From contig NC_045696.1 in assembly GCF_009834535.1 (NCBI RefSeq), positions 1,116,001 through 1,180,000 of the forward strand: a stretch of 64,000 bases of DNA. The letters run 5' to 3'. Below, piece by piece: positions 47,303 to 59,525 of the stretch. This stretch comes from Camelus ferus. Lineage: Eukaryota. The notes under the pieces are model-generated. The model did no database searches, had not been told where the DNA came from, and worked only from the letters and a program-made list of their open reading frames with translations. Made by a program: the position numbers and the translations under genes. The first letter of the stretch is position 1. Each line of letters begins with the position of its first letter.

Positions 47303-49309
47303 AAGACACGGGGGAAGAAACTGGGCCCTGTGCAGGGACAGGACGGCGTGGGGAACCCAGGAGGCTGGGCAAGTGGCCTTCCTCTTAATGTGCCCCTGCC
47401 CTGGGGCCTTAGCAGCCGCCACCCAGCCCCCACCCCTCCTGGGGGTGACTTACCAACGGGCTGCCTAGGTCGGGGGATGGGTCCTATGACCCTGGCTGTG
47501 GGCACCTGGACGGGCAGCGAGTCACCCACCAAGGCTGTGGATGGTGGGCCCCACGGCCAGGGTTGCGATGCTGTTGCAGAGGGACCGCCTGGTGCCAGGA
47601 CGGCACTGGGAAGCCTGGAGCCAGAGGAGGCAGGTCGGGGGGCCGGTGGGAGAGCCCAGCGGAGAGGAGGAGCCCGAGGGGTCTGGGAGCTGGACGGCAG
47701 GGCCAGGGTGTGGGGTCTGGATGGCTGGCTGGGCTCTGGGGGCCGGGCCTCTTCTCCCCCGCTTACTGGGGTTCTTATTTCTGGCACATCCTCCTCCAGC
47801 CTGGTTCACTTTGGCCTCTGGAGTCTGAGGCCCCGTAAGGCCTGCAGGCCCCCACCACACCTGCAGCCACTCTGGAGAGAAGGCCAGGCCCTGGCCTCAG
47901 GCGGTGTCCAGACAGGTGGCCGCGGGGCTGACTGTGACGAGGGGCTGCCCCAGGCCGGCCAGCTGGTCTTAGCCCAGGGCATGTGGTGTGGGACCAGCAG
48001 GAAATGGGTCCCAGATGCCGCCCAGCAGGCCGGGGCGTGAGCTTCCCAACGTATGGAAAGAGGGTCAGAGCGTCCAGGGCTGCACCCGGGTCGCGGTGTG
48101 GGAGGAAGGAAGCGGTCCTGGGAGAGGCAGACCAGCCCCCCACCCCCGCAGGAAGGGTGGGGCGCACGCTGCGGCTGGACCCTCCTTTCCCTGGAAACCG
48201 TGGGCCCATGTTAACCCCAGGGCACCTGAGGGGGCGGGTGCAGAGGACAGCTGGCCTTTAAGGCCACACACAGACCAGATGCACCCCTAAAGCAGGGCTC
48301 CCCACTCTGCCTCCTGGGCCAGGGAAGGGGGACCCCACTCTCGTGTCCCCAGTGCTGCAGGTGGGCGGATAGGAGGTGGGGAGACCAGGGTTCTGCTGAC
48401 CCAGGAGCCTCGGGACCTGCACGTCGGGCTGGGGCCTCCCACCAGCTTGCAGGGAAGTGGGCCGAGCCACTCTTGTTTCTCAGCAGCAGCCTTTCTGCAA
48501 GGGAGGAAGGGCCCGCCTTGCCTGCTCCCCGCCCCACTGCCGCCCAGCCCTGGCCCCCCGACCCCCAAGTCCGGAGGCCCTTTCTCGCCTCTCTGAGGTC
48601 TCATCTTTTCAGGAAAACTTTCCGCTCCCCCAGCTGGAGGCCCTCCCTTCCTGGCAGGGTCTTGTCCACTGGAGCCAGAGAGGAGCCCCAGAACCGGGGG
48701 AAGGGTGGCTCCTCTGGAACAGGTTATCCGTCCAGTCTCACTGCCTCCAGTATCAGAGGCCACAGCAAGCCGTGCGCCCCGCCCAGCATGAGCAGAGAAG
48801 GCCCAGTTCACCCTGTGTTTCCATCGGGTCACCAGCCCCTCTCCACTCCAGGCTTGGATCTGAGGTCTCTGCTCCCACCCCTGGCTTCCTGCTGCCTCGT
48901 GTCTAATAAAGCTCTCCTCTTAAATTCCATGATTTTTCTAGCAGTTACCTGTTTATGGGTAACCAGGCGGCGTTGTCTCCAGCTGCGATCAGTGTTCTGG
49001 AGGAGGAGTGGGAGGAGGGGGCTGGTAACGATGTCCCCACCAGGACCTTGCCGTGGGTCTCTTCCCACTGGATGCAGGTCGGGGGAAGCTCGCCCAGGGT
49101 CTCCCTTAACCTACATCTGCATACGGCAGGTGCTTAGTGGGCTTCACCGAGCTGCCCCAGGGTGTGTCCGTGCTGCCAGACCCCAAGTTCACATGTCAGA
49201 GTCCATGGAGTTGGGCCCACGTGACCACAGACCAGGTGCTGTGTGCCAGGAAACACTCCCGTTTACGCCTCAAGTGTCCTGCTGTGAGGAGGGTTCGGGG
49301 TGCATCCTG

Positions 49310-49410
49310 ACACCCATTTTACAGATGAGAACTTTGAGGTCAAGATTTGCCCAAAGGCGCACAGTGGAAAGGAGGTAAGAGGTGGGCGCGTGACTGTCTG
49401 GCCCTGCACA
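49310..49410 (-). mobile_element. MIR fragment
   Basis: cccattttacagatgagaactttgagg...ttgcccaaaggcgcacag. Confidence 0.65.
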
Positions 49411-50329
49411 CAGGGCTTTGCCGCAGTCTCTGCCCTGCCCCTGGTCCAAACTTCCTGGGAGGCTGATGAGGTGATGTCTGGGGTCTGAAGGTGCCTCCAG
49501 GGGAAGCTGGAGGAGGGCTGGGCACTCCTGCAGAGGCCCCTGGACTTCCCGTCCGAGGGGTGGGCAGCCCTCCAGAAGGGGGTTTGCAGATGCCCTCTGG
49601 CCCCAAGTGTCGGCCCCCAGGATCCAGGACCCCAGCGCCCTCCTCTGCTTCTTGAGCTACACGTCACCAGCAAACATGGCTTGTAATCCGAGCGACTGGG
49701 CAAGCCTCCCCCAGTTTGATCAGCAACGTCATTTCCTCCACTTCCTTCGTTAAGGTCCTGCTTTTAATCCCTCTTCCATAATCTTTAAGGCTTTTATTAG
49801 GAAGAGGAACCCCACGTGTGTCCTCTTGTGGCAGGTTCTCAGTCAAATCGGAGACACCCCGTCCCTGCGCCGCAGCTGCCTGCGTCCCGGGACCAGGCGA
49901 GCGTGCTCCTTTAGGCCCGTGGTGAAGCCGCCGTCGGGGCGCGGCCGCCCTCGCCGCCCTCGCCGCCCTGGCTGCTCCTCAGGGATTCACTGCGCTTGTT
50001 TCTGTGGGCCCGGACCCGCGCCGGGGTCCTCCTGGCACTTGGCTGACACCACCTCTGTAACCCCGGCCCCTTCCGTCCCTTGTGGGAGCCCCACTCGGGG
50101 TTTGGTCTCTGTGCCCCGCCGACCCCAGCACTTCTCGCAACTCCCCCAGTCCCTGCACTTCCTGAAACCGGGGCAGGGGTAGGTCTAGGGTCCTGATCAC
50201 ACTTGGGACAACAGGTGGCGGGGCTGCTGCATCTGGGGGCGCTGGTGCGTTTGCTGTCAGCCTGAGTCACACGGCACCCCCGACTCCACCCAGAGGCTTC
50301 AGCCCCCTTCCGCCCCTCTGCCAGAGGCC

Positions 50330-50921
50330 CAGAGCGTGAGCTTCTCTTCCCATCAGTCCTTCCCAACCTGTTTGCTGGACATGTTCTAAGAAGAACTTTC
50401 TCCCGCAGCCACAAAGCTGTGAAGCCAGCTCCTGGAGGAAACCGGGGCAAACTGCTGTGAACGGAAACACTGCAAACCGTGTCGGTAAACAAAGAACGCT
50501 GAAGCCATCAAGTCATCAGCTTCCCCCCTCCCCCCGCCCCCGTGAGGACCAGCCTGCAGCCCGGCCTCTGCAGCCACTCACAGTGGTGCCCTCTGAGGGG
50601 ACACAGAACGCTGGCCCTAGACAGCTCGGTGCTTGTCACAGAGATGGATTCATGAGCCCAAATACATACACATAGAAAAGCGCTTAAGTCTTTAACCCGA
50701 GAGGCCTGGTTTTCTTCAGGTAACAGTGATCTCGATGCTCTGAGCCCCGGCCTTTGCTGTGAAGCTCCTGTACACGTGGCTCCTCCCCTGCCTCTCGGGA
50801 GCCGCCCTGCAGAGCCACCTGGGAGGCGGTCACCCCGGCTCGAAGGGGATCCAGTCCTCAGGAGTGTCTGCCGTGCCGGACGTGCCCCCCAGCTCTCAGG
50901 CTGCGCGTTGTTTCAGCCACA
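50330..50921 (+). mobile_element. ERV1 solo LTR (MER39/LTR39-like), copy B
   Basis: Shares a 46-bp identical block and collinear flanks with copy A; ends ...tttcagccaca. The 5' boundary is approximate. Confidence 0.7.
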
Positions 50922-51721
50922 CCGCTGACCGGCCCTCCCTCTCCTGCTTGCCGGTCCTCGGCCTCTCCCGCCCCGACAGCTTCCCAGGTGCAAGGGAGAT
51001 TCTTACGGCTTTAAAACCATTTGATGTTTCACAGCCCATCGCTGTCATGGGTGTATCTGATGCCAACTTGCCCCTGCCCCCGCCTCGGCCGGGGTGGGGT
51101 CATTTCGGGGACGCCTCATCCCTGCAGCAGACCCGCCGGGCGTGGGGCGGAAAACAGCGCGCTTGAGGCAGGGCGTGCTTGGCGCTTCCCATCCTGCCGC
51201 CCTGCGCACGGCGCTTCCCCGGGGAGCCCCGGGCCTCGGGGGAAGGGATGGCTGGAGGCGGCGGCCTGGGGCCTGGGGACCTCAGCCCGGCAGCCCTCGC
51301 CTCCCCGCCACCCAGGCCACAACGACAAGACTTATTCATATGAGAGGAGACAGCAAGAGTCCAAGTGTTTCCACCAGTACCGTCAAGTCCAGTGCAAGAG
51401 TTTTTGCAGCTTCTTTGGTTTTATATTTGTTCCTGTTTTTCTCTGATCGTGATATCTTGGTCCCTAACGGCATCAACATAATATTTTTGGGTTTTATTCG
51501 TACATGCTTTCTTTGAAACTGTATTTTTATAATTTAAAGTGAATAAGACCAGTATTACTGCCAATGATAGATTACAAACGCGGTTTAATAGTTTGTGTGG
51601 CTCCTTTTAGCCTCCTGACGTGCCGTTCACGGTGTTTAATCCAAGTCTTTGTGTTCAAAGTTCAGTTGAAGTTATTCTCTGTGTGATTGAGCTGCCAATA
51701 TGATATACATTTTATCTGCTT

Positions 51722-52187
51722 TGTTTTTTGTTTGTTTGTTTTTAACATTTTTTATTGATTTATAATCATTTTACAATGTTGTGTCAAATTCCAGTGTAGA
51801 GCACAATTTTTCAGTTGTAAGTGAACATGTGTATATTCATTGTCACATTTTTTTCTCTGTGAGCTACCATAAGACCTTGTATACATTTCCCTGTGCTATA
51901 CAGTATAATCTTGCTTATCTAGTCTACGATTTTGAAATCCCAGTCTCTCCCTTCCCACCCCCCGCCCCTTGGCAACCACAAGTCTGTATTCTATGCCTAT
52001 GAGTCTATTTCTGTTCTGCATTTATGCTTTTTTTTTGTTTGTTTGTTTGTTTTTAGATTCCACATATGAGCGATCTCATGTGGTATTTTTCTTTCTCTTT
52101 CTGGCTGACTTCACTTAGAATGACGATCTCCAGGAGCACCCGTGTTGCTGTAATGGCGTCATGTTGTCGGTCTTCGTGGCTGAGTAG
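51722..52187 (-). mobile_element. Young 5'-truncated camelid-type L1 3' end
   Basis: TSD ATTTTATCTG (51709-51718 / 52188-52197), T-rich tail, and tttagattccacatatgagcgatctcatgtggtattt. Confidence 0.88.
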
Positions 52188-53807
52188 ATTTTATCTGTTT
52201 TGGATTTCAGGGATTGCTTTGTTTCTTGTTTTTGTTTACTTTTTATTTTGTAGCTGAATTTTATGTTTACCCGATTCCAAAGGCGAAACTATCAACCAAG
52301 GCTTACTCAGTTTAACTCGGCTTTCTGGCCAGCAGGCAGCTCGCCTGGCAAGGCCACGGCCTCATGAGACAGCATGGAGCGTCTGCAAGGTCCCTGCCCC
52401 GGAAGTGGCTGGACGCTGCCTTGCCTCAGCCCCCGCTGTCGTCAGAAGGGGTTGAGGCTTCTGCTGGGACTTGCTTCCCCATGATGTTCTGTTTAGCCAG
52501 CACCCTGGTGACTGACCGCCTTGCAGGGCCTGCGGACAGGCCACAGGAGATGGAAATCCAGGAGAGACAGAGCCCAGCCTGAGCCTGTGTGCAGACCTCA
52601 GATAAGCGGGTGGTTCCCAAGGGGAGCTTGGGTCTCAGCACCCCGCCTCTCCCAGCAGCCGGCATGGTGGGGGTGTGTGCGGCCCTGAGGTCACTGGTCA
52701 GACCAGGACCAGTCACTGACCACAAGGGGCCTTACTTTGCTCTGATATAAGCCCAACTTTTCTCATCTGCATCTAAATCCAAACTCCCTCTAACGAATTG
52801 ACAGTGAGCCGGACACCACCCAGGCCGAGCTGCAGATGCCCAGAAGCCTCTCCGGGCTGGGGAGTGTTGGGGTGAAGGCATGTTCACCCGGACGAAGGCC
52901 CCCAGGCCACCGATAACGTCTCTCAGGAACCTCGAGCTTCACTCCAGTTCCCATGTCATCCCTGTGGCTGAATTAGAAACGCTCTCCCACAGAGTGCTGA
53001 TCGGGAGTGGTTCAGAGGACGGTTGTGCTGACCCTGCGTGAGCGCATGACCCCACGGTCCCCTGCCTCTCTCACTGCCTCGAAGGGCGTGGGCCTGTGTG
53101 AAGCCTGCCCTCCCGCTCAGCTCTGCCGAGATACGCCCAGCACCATCCACACGTGGTTTCTGCCCGAGTCTGACACAGAGAGCCCTGCACTCTTAAGGGC
53201 CGTGTAACATTCGGTCACTGCTCGGCCGCTGGCGCCAGAGTTGTCACCACTCTTCACTCGGCTACTGATGTGATTGAGGCCACCTGCCCCCTACCACGGC
53301 TCCTGCGCCCTCCCTTCTGTCTGCTTGGTTTTGCTCGGTTCTGCTGCTTCCCACCCACAGACGAAACCTCCCAAGGACGGGGACTTTGTGCTGCTTCCAG
53401 ACGGGCCCCAGCACTGAAGGCGCCCCGCCACGGCAGACGCCTGGAGCGTCGCCATTCCGGCGTCCACACTGACGCCCACGGCCCCCTGGGGACTGGTTTC
53501 ATTCTCCACGTGGATGTTGAATGAACCTGGAACTACGTGTTAAAGCGCTGTTCCTTTTCTCTTGTCCCGTGATCCCGTGTTTGTTATAAATCAGGTGCCC
53601 CACGTGTGTGTGTCGGCTTGAGGACGCTGAACTCCATTTTACTGACCTGTTTTTCAGCCAATCTTGACTCCTGGAGCTTTGTGTTGAGTCTTGTTATCTG
53701 GTGGTGGGGACCCTCGTTCTGGTCGTCTGCAAGATCAGCTTGCCCGCTCTTGTCCATTTGCATTTTTATGCAAACGTTAGGATCAGCTGGGTGACAGCGC
53801 CACCAGG

Positions 53808-53878
53808 CACATGTGCTGCACACGCACGCACACACACGCGCGCGCACACGCACATGCACGCACACTCACACACTCACA
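53808..53878. repeat. (CA/CG)n alternating purine-pyrimidine tract
   Basis: cacacgcacgcacacacacgcgcgcgcacacgcacatgcacgcacac, directly visible. Confidence 0.85.
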
Positions 53879-53879
53879 A

Positions 53880-54400
53880 CTTGATGGGTTTTAACTGCGA
53901 CTATAATGGAATCTATAGTTTTGTTTATCTTTATAATGTTTGTCTTTTAATCTATGTCATATATCTTCACTTACTGAGGTCTTCCTTAATACTTGGGTAG
54001 CCGTTTCATAGTTTTCAGAATATTTTGTTAGGTTTATTACTAGATATTCAATGTTTCTGAATACTACTGAAAAAAATGACATCGTTTAGAAATTCTCATT
54101 TTCTGCTCTTTGCAGGGCTATATAAATACAATTGACTTTATTTACTTACTTTGTATCTAGTGTCCTTGCTAAATTCACTTTTAAAAATAAGAGCTCTATG
54201 GAGACACGTGGCGTGCCGCATAATCCACCTGTTTAAAGAGTCCATGTTTGTCGCACATTCACAGAGTTACGCCACCAACACCGCGATGGATTTTAGAGTA
54301 TTTTAATCACCTTCTCCTCAAACACCTGTGCCTTCGCTAAATTCACTTCTAGTCTAAGCATTTATCTGCAGAGTCTTTTGGATTTTCTACACATGCAATC
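53880..54400 (-). mobile_element. Old L1 fragments (antisense)
   Basis: tataaatacaattgactttat...tttgtatctagtgtccttgctaaattcactt...ttttggattttctacacatgcaatca. Confidence 0.65.
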
Positions 54401-55699
54401 AAACTCCTGCTGTGCTTGTGGTCATGAAACCTGCAAGAACCCACAGAAGTAAACGTTTAACGCACACATGCACCTGCTGGTGATGGAAACGAACAGCTTA
54501 AGAAGAGAGACTCTGAGTTTGCGCATGCGCTGATGCGACCAAGGCAGCAGATCAAAATGGATGGCACAGCGGGTGCTCACGCACGTGTGTGTGTGTCTGT
54601 GTTCGTTCTAGAAAGGCTAGAAAGTGTGCATCTAATCTCAGGTGTGCGTTGAGAGTCGGTCAGATGTGAGCAGCACCAGGGGCCCTCCTACCACGGCATC
54701 TCTGAGAGCGTCCGCCTCCCTCCCCGAGGAGAAGGCTGAGTGTGCAGTCAGCCGGGCCCACCGCGAGGAGGGGCGAGCGTGGCCGAGGCTGTGCCCCCAC
54801 CCCGCCCGAGGGCCCCGGGCACACCTCAGCACCTGGTGGCAGGGGGGCTGCTGGGGTTAAACCCGGAGCAGCCACGAGTGCCCCCTGTGGGAGGCGCCAG
54901 AGGGCCTTCCAGTCTCACTCCCAGGCGTCCTCAGCGGAGGGGCGGCTTCCCAGTCTCGGGGTGCCTTGAACAGTTCAGGGGAAAACATTCTCTCTGTGCC
55001 AACTGTTTCCTTCTGTGTCACCCCCAGGTGCCGTGGGAGGGACAGACACTCAGTTTAAGAGAATTCCTGCTTAAGCCAAGAGCACAGAGTATCACGAGAC
55101 TGTGATTTCAGGGAAACGTCGGCAGTAATGCAGGGACCTTCATTCAACAAGGCCGCACGTTTTACACTCGCGGTGTTCACACTAGAGCAGATGCCACGCT
55201 TTACGAGCTGAGGTTAAACTTCCAAACGGGCCCGTGTCGGGAGGGAAATCCCTTACTTGCTGGCTCCTTCCTCTTCCCGCCTGCCAGCCGCCTCCCCGGT
55301 CGGCCCTCTGTCCTGGGACTTCTCGAACCCACGGGAGGTGGACGGGGGTCCGGAGTTTGCGCTGACTCCAACTCCAGCCGGGCTCGTGCGAGCTGGTCTC
55401 AGCTTCCGCTTGTTTCGACAAAGCGTTCGCTTTCTAGGAGGAAGGAGTCATGTTGAAACCTCAGTTTGAAAGGTGATGGACTCCTGGGCAGAAAAGCACA
55501 AGGAAATGGTGAAAAAATTAAGAAGCGGGCGGACACGGGTTCACACAGGAAGAGATCGTGAGTGCCGTCAGTTTCCGTCTGAATTCCAACCAGGACACTG
55601 AAGGGCTCTTAGGAAACAAAACTGTGTTTTGAATCCAAGGTTCTGTTTTGAGTATCAGCTTACACCCAGAAGAAAAACCCAGCCTCTGAGTTACCCGTC

Positions 55700-56145
55700 T
55701 GTGAATTGGCACACGCCACCGGGGAGATAAGATAGCACACTTCTGGACGCGCGCCCGGGATGCAGAACGGGGCTGGTGGTGGAAACGCTCCTTCCAGGGT
55801 GAACGCTCTCAGAGGGAGGAACATGACGGAGGTTGTCACTGTGACCTTGACGCCTTCGGTTGGCCCTCGCCTAGTTTTTAACCTTAGAGAAAGGACCCAA
55901 ACTAGTGGACGTGTTACTAGGCACTTGCTGAAACCCACGGAGGGTTCGTTTTAAGAGTGGGTCCTGACGTAAACTGTGCGTTTTAGTTTATAATGATGTA
56001 TCAGTCTGACTCTCAGTTCTAACAGATCAGCGCACGGATGTCACTGAGCGGAAGAGGGTGGGGGGCGGTGGGAACGCTGCCCTGCTCCCCGCTTTATCTG
56101 CAGACCTAAAGCTGCTCAAAAGTAACGTTTACTAATTTAAAAAGA
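55700..56145 (+). mobile_element. L1MC-type 3' end
   Basis: gtaaactgtgcgttttagtttataatgatgtatcag...cctaaagctgctcaaaagtaacgtttac. Confidence 0.7.
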
Positions 56146-56424
56146 ATTTAAAGGAGTCAAGTGCCCTTCTTCAATAAACCCTGTCTGTTTTCCCTCATAA
56201 TCATTTTAACTGTCAAATTTGGAGTCTCCCGTGTCAACCTTTGGAAACACATGATAGAAGAAGACTGCGCATTCGTCACTCCGCGTTTGGCCATTTCCTG
56301 ACCCGATGCTGCTAATTAAACGTCGTGCAAATGACTGTAAGGTACAATGCTCCTCCCTTTTCAGTCTGTAAATGGGGATTTCTGACGTACAGATGACATC
56401 ATACTATTGTAAAGACCTAAAAAC

Positions 56425-56742
56425 TGCTCCAGCTGAACTCAGGCTGCCCTAACAAACTCCCAGGCGGGGAGGCTCACAGAAACGGATCTCTCACGTTCTG
56501 ATGGTCACAGCGGTGTGGGCTGGGAGCCCAGGCCACGTGCTGCAGGGTCGGGTGAGGGGACCCCTGGGCCCCCACATGGGAAAGGGGCGGGGGCTCTCGG
56601 GGCCCCTTCTGGGCGCTGCTCCCGCCCTGAGGCTCCACCCTCACGCCCAGACGCCTCCAGACGCCCCACCTCCTAACACCGTCACATGGGGGCGGGGTCT
56701 CAGTGCAGGGATTTGGGGGACGCAGACCCTCAGTCCACAGCA
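56425..56742 (-). mobile_element. MLT1A-like LTR, GC-eroded
   Basis: ctcaggctgccctaacaaactcc...ccccacctcctaacaccgtcacatgggg...ttgggggacgcagaccctcagtccacagca. Confidence 0.75.
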
Positions 56743-56805
56743 CAGGCGTTTGGGGCGGAGTTTAAAGGTCAACGCCACCAACGATGCTGGTGTGAACTAC
56801 TGTTT

Positions 56806-56937
56806 TCTTTTAAATTTTTCAATTTGTTTTTTGTTGTTTTGAGGTGGGTCATTAGGTTTCCTTACTTTCATTGGAGGCGCCGGGGATTGAACCCAGGACC
56901 CTGTGCACGCTGAGCACTCGCCCTACCGCTGAGCTGC
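56806..56937 (-). mobile_element. Vic-1-type SINE
   Basis: Reverse complement agctcagcggtagggcgagtgctcagcgtgcacagggtcctgggttcaatccccggcgcctcc, plus tail. Confidence 0.85.
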
Positions 56938-57473
56938 TGCTTTTTGACCCCATTTCGTGACAATTCCTGACACTCCCCAGCTGCCTTTGCACTCAGCACG
57001 AGTGTGTTGGGAGACTGACACCTGAGCTCCTTTTAGAAGGTAGAATTCAGCCCCGATCGTGGGTTATTGTAGGAACATCAGGAATTCCAGACAAACGGCC
57101 CGGCCCGCGCTTGTCTGGCCGTTTGGTTGCGCTCTCCCAGTCCTGCGGCCACACCAGCAGTCGATCCAGGCCTTTCTGAAGGTGAAGAGGTCTTTTTCTC
57201 TCTCCTTCAAGCTGTGCTGATTTATTTAAAACATGCTCCTGGGGATGACCGTCCGCAGCTGCCCGCTGTGACCCTGGGACAAATGAAGGGGAAGGGCCGT
57301 CACAGCCCCGGGACCCCCGGCTCTCGGATCTGGGCGCCAGCCCCGCGGCTGCTCCTGGCGCTGGACCAGGAGGCACTGAGACCCGCGTGCGAGGTGCCTC
57401 CTGTGTAACGAGTTATGATTTAAACTGGGGTCCTCTGGTCACTTCACAGGTGCCATCTGCACAGGCTGTTCTC

Positions 57474-57621
57474 GGGGGAGGATAGCGCTCGGTGTCAGAA
57501 CGCATGCCCAGTGTGCTCGCGGTCCTGGGCTCAGTCCCTCGTACCTCCATTAAATAAATAAACAAACCTACTTACCCCCCCAACAACAACAACACATTTG
57601 CTTTAAAAAATAAATTAAATA
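57474..57621 (+). mobile_element. Vic-1-type SINE, diverged
   Basis: Perfect 10-bp TSD ACAGGCTGTT (57461-57470 / 57622-57631); tail attaaataaataaacaaacctacttacccccc. Confidence 0.85.
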
Positions 57622-58852
57622 ACAGGCTGTTTGATGTGACCACGTGTATGCAAGGCGCCGAACATTAATAAGAAAGCAGGAAAGTGGGACTGAGAAGGAA
57701 AAGGCTGGCTACTCAGAAAAGCGGGAGCCGTGACTGCAAGGACCTTCATCAGAACAGAACAAGCAGACAGTGACACGCTTCCTTCTCCCTGTCTTGCTGC
57801 CCAGCGGCTGATGCTCTGACCACGTGGGGCCTCCTTTCCCAGCAGCGCATGTGTTTCCATGATGCTGCTAGTCCCCCGAGTCCGGGGACAGAAGAGCGTT
57901 GAGTGGGCTTGTGTAGTGGACCCTGTGCACGCGGGGCCCTCCAGGGGTCCCCGGGGCCTGGGACTCCCACCCGTGACTCTGAATGAACCTCCCCGTCCCA
58001 GAGCGTGGAGACAGCACCCCTCCCAGGCAGCAGCTGCCGTCACCAGGGCGGCTCGCAGGGGGAGCTGCACCCGGCGCGAGCGGGTGCTCGAATGCGGAAG
58101 CCTTCAAGGGGGCATTCACACCCGGGCAGGAGCACATTCCCCAGAAGGGCTTCTGCCGGCGAAGCATCACGCCTGCGCATGGCGATCTGACTGCATCGTG
58201 TCGGAGATGCGCCCCAAAGTCGGTCACAAATTACACAGCTGCAACATGAAATCTCATTACGTATCCATTAGCTTCAGGTCAGTATTAACTTTATATTCGT
58301 TTAGACTCACTGTTACTGTTGACACACCCCCAGCGTGCAAACGCGCTCCCCTGAATCCAGGTGTTCAGCTGGAGACATCATTGGAACGTCCAGAAAATTA
58401 TGAAGCAGGAGGGATGGGTCAGTAAAGACTCTGGATTCAGGTCGACATAATTCACGCAGTTGTAGCTGAATTCAGACACTTTGGGGTGTGCTCATGAGCT
58501 CACACTCGTGAGGCCTGGCCCTGGGGTCCCAGGGCCAGAGCCGTCTCGGGGCACAGCCTGCCGGAGACCTGGCGCCTGTCTCGGTGCAGAGGCTGCCCAG
58601 GGTTCTTGCACACGGGAGGCGGGCACCAGCTCAGGGCACGCCCGCTCTCAGACAGCGACAGCCTGAAGGAAACCAAGCCCACGGTCACTTAACATAAACG
58701 TAATCTCTAAAAGCTGCAAGCTTCCAAGTCGCTCAAAGAGAACTTTTGCTTGTCAAGCTAACAGCGCGAGGCCGAGGCTAATTTATTCAGCAAAAATGCT
58801 GCTCTTTGGAGTCGGTGTTGGTTTTACATTTACTCTCAAAAGGTGCAGAAAA

Positions 58853-59258
58853 CTGAACTGGTTTCCCGGGGAGGCAGGAAAGCGCCACAAAACCGATGGC
58901 TTCAAACAGCAGACACTTACCCCTCGCCGTCCTGGAGACCAGACGCCCAAGGTCAAGGTGTCGCAGGGCTGGCCCCTGCCAAGGCTCTGGGGGAGGCCCC
59001 TCCTGCCCCTTCCAGCTCCAGGGCCCCGGTGCTTGGCTTGTGGCCGTGTCCCTCCAGTCTCTGCCTCCGCCACCACATGACCCCTCTGCACGCATGTGCC
59101 TCTGTGTCCAAATGTCCCCTTTCTGTAAGGACACTGCCATACTGGATTAGGGTCCGCCCTACGACCTCTCCTCAATGTCCGAGTGAGGCCACGGTCACGC
59201 TGTGGGGTGTTAGGACTCCAACACATCTTTCTGGGTGGACACGATTCAACCCACAACA
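58853..59258 (-). mobile_element. MLT1B-like LTR
   Basis: gccacaaaaccgatggcttcaaacagcagac...gtaaggacactgccatactggattagggtccgccc...gacacgattcaacccacaaca. Confidence 0.85.
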
Positions 59259-59327
59259 AAGCGTGTCTGTGTGCAGGGCCGACCTGGTCCCTGTGAGCAG
59301 CCACTCTGGGGAGACCTCCTGCCAGGG

Positions 59328-59525
59328 GTGTATCAGTTACGTCGTGCTGTGTGACAAGCCACCCCAGGTCTGACAGTAACAGTGGCCTTTGCTGTCCTGG
59401 CAGGGCTGAGCCGGGCTGGCGCAGCGGGGGTCTCCGGGCCACGCCGCCCCAGGGCTGGGTGGGGCTGCGGGGTCTGGCTCCAGGTGGCCTCGCTCCCATG
59501 GGGGCAGGTTGGGGCTGCCTGTCCA
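59328..59525 (-). mobile_element. Older MLT1 LTR fragment
   Basis: tgtatcagttac...tgctgtgtgacaagccacccca...ccaggtggcctcgctcccatg. Confidence 0.45.

Noticed and set aside
41790..50921. Full-length endogenous provirus between two LTRs
   Set aside because: No primer-binding site and no gag/pol/env remnants; the interior contains older repeats; the LTRs differ by large indels.
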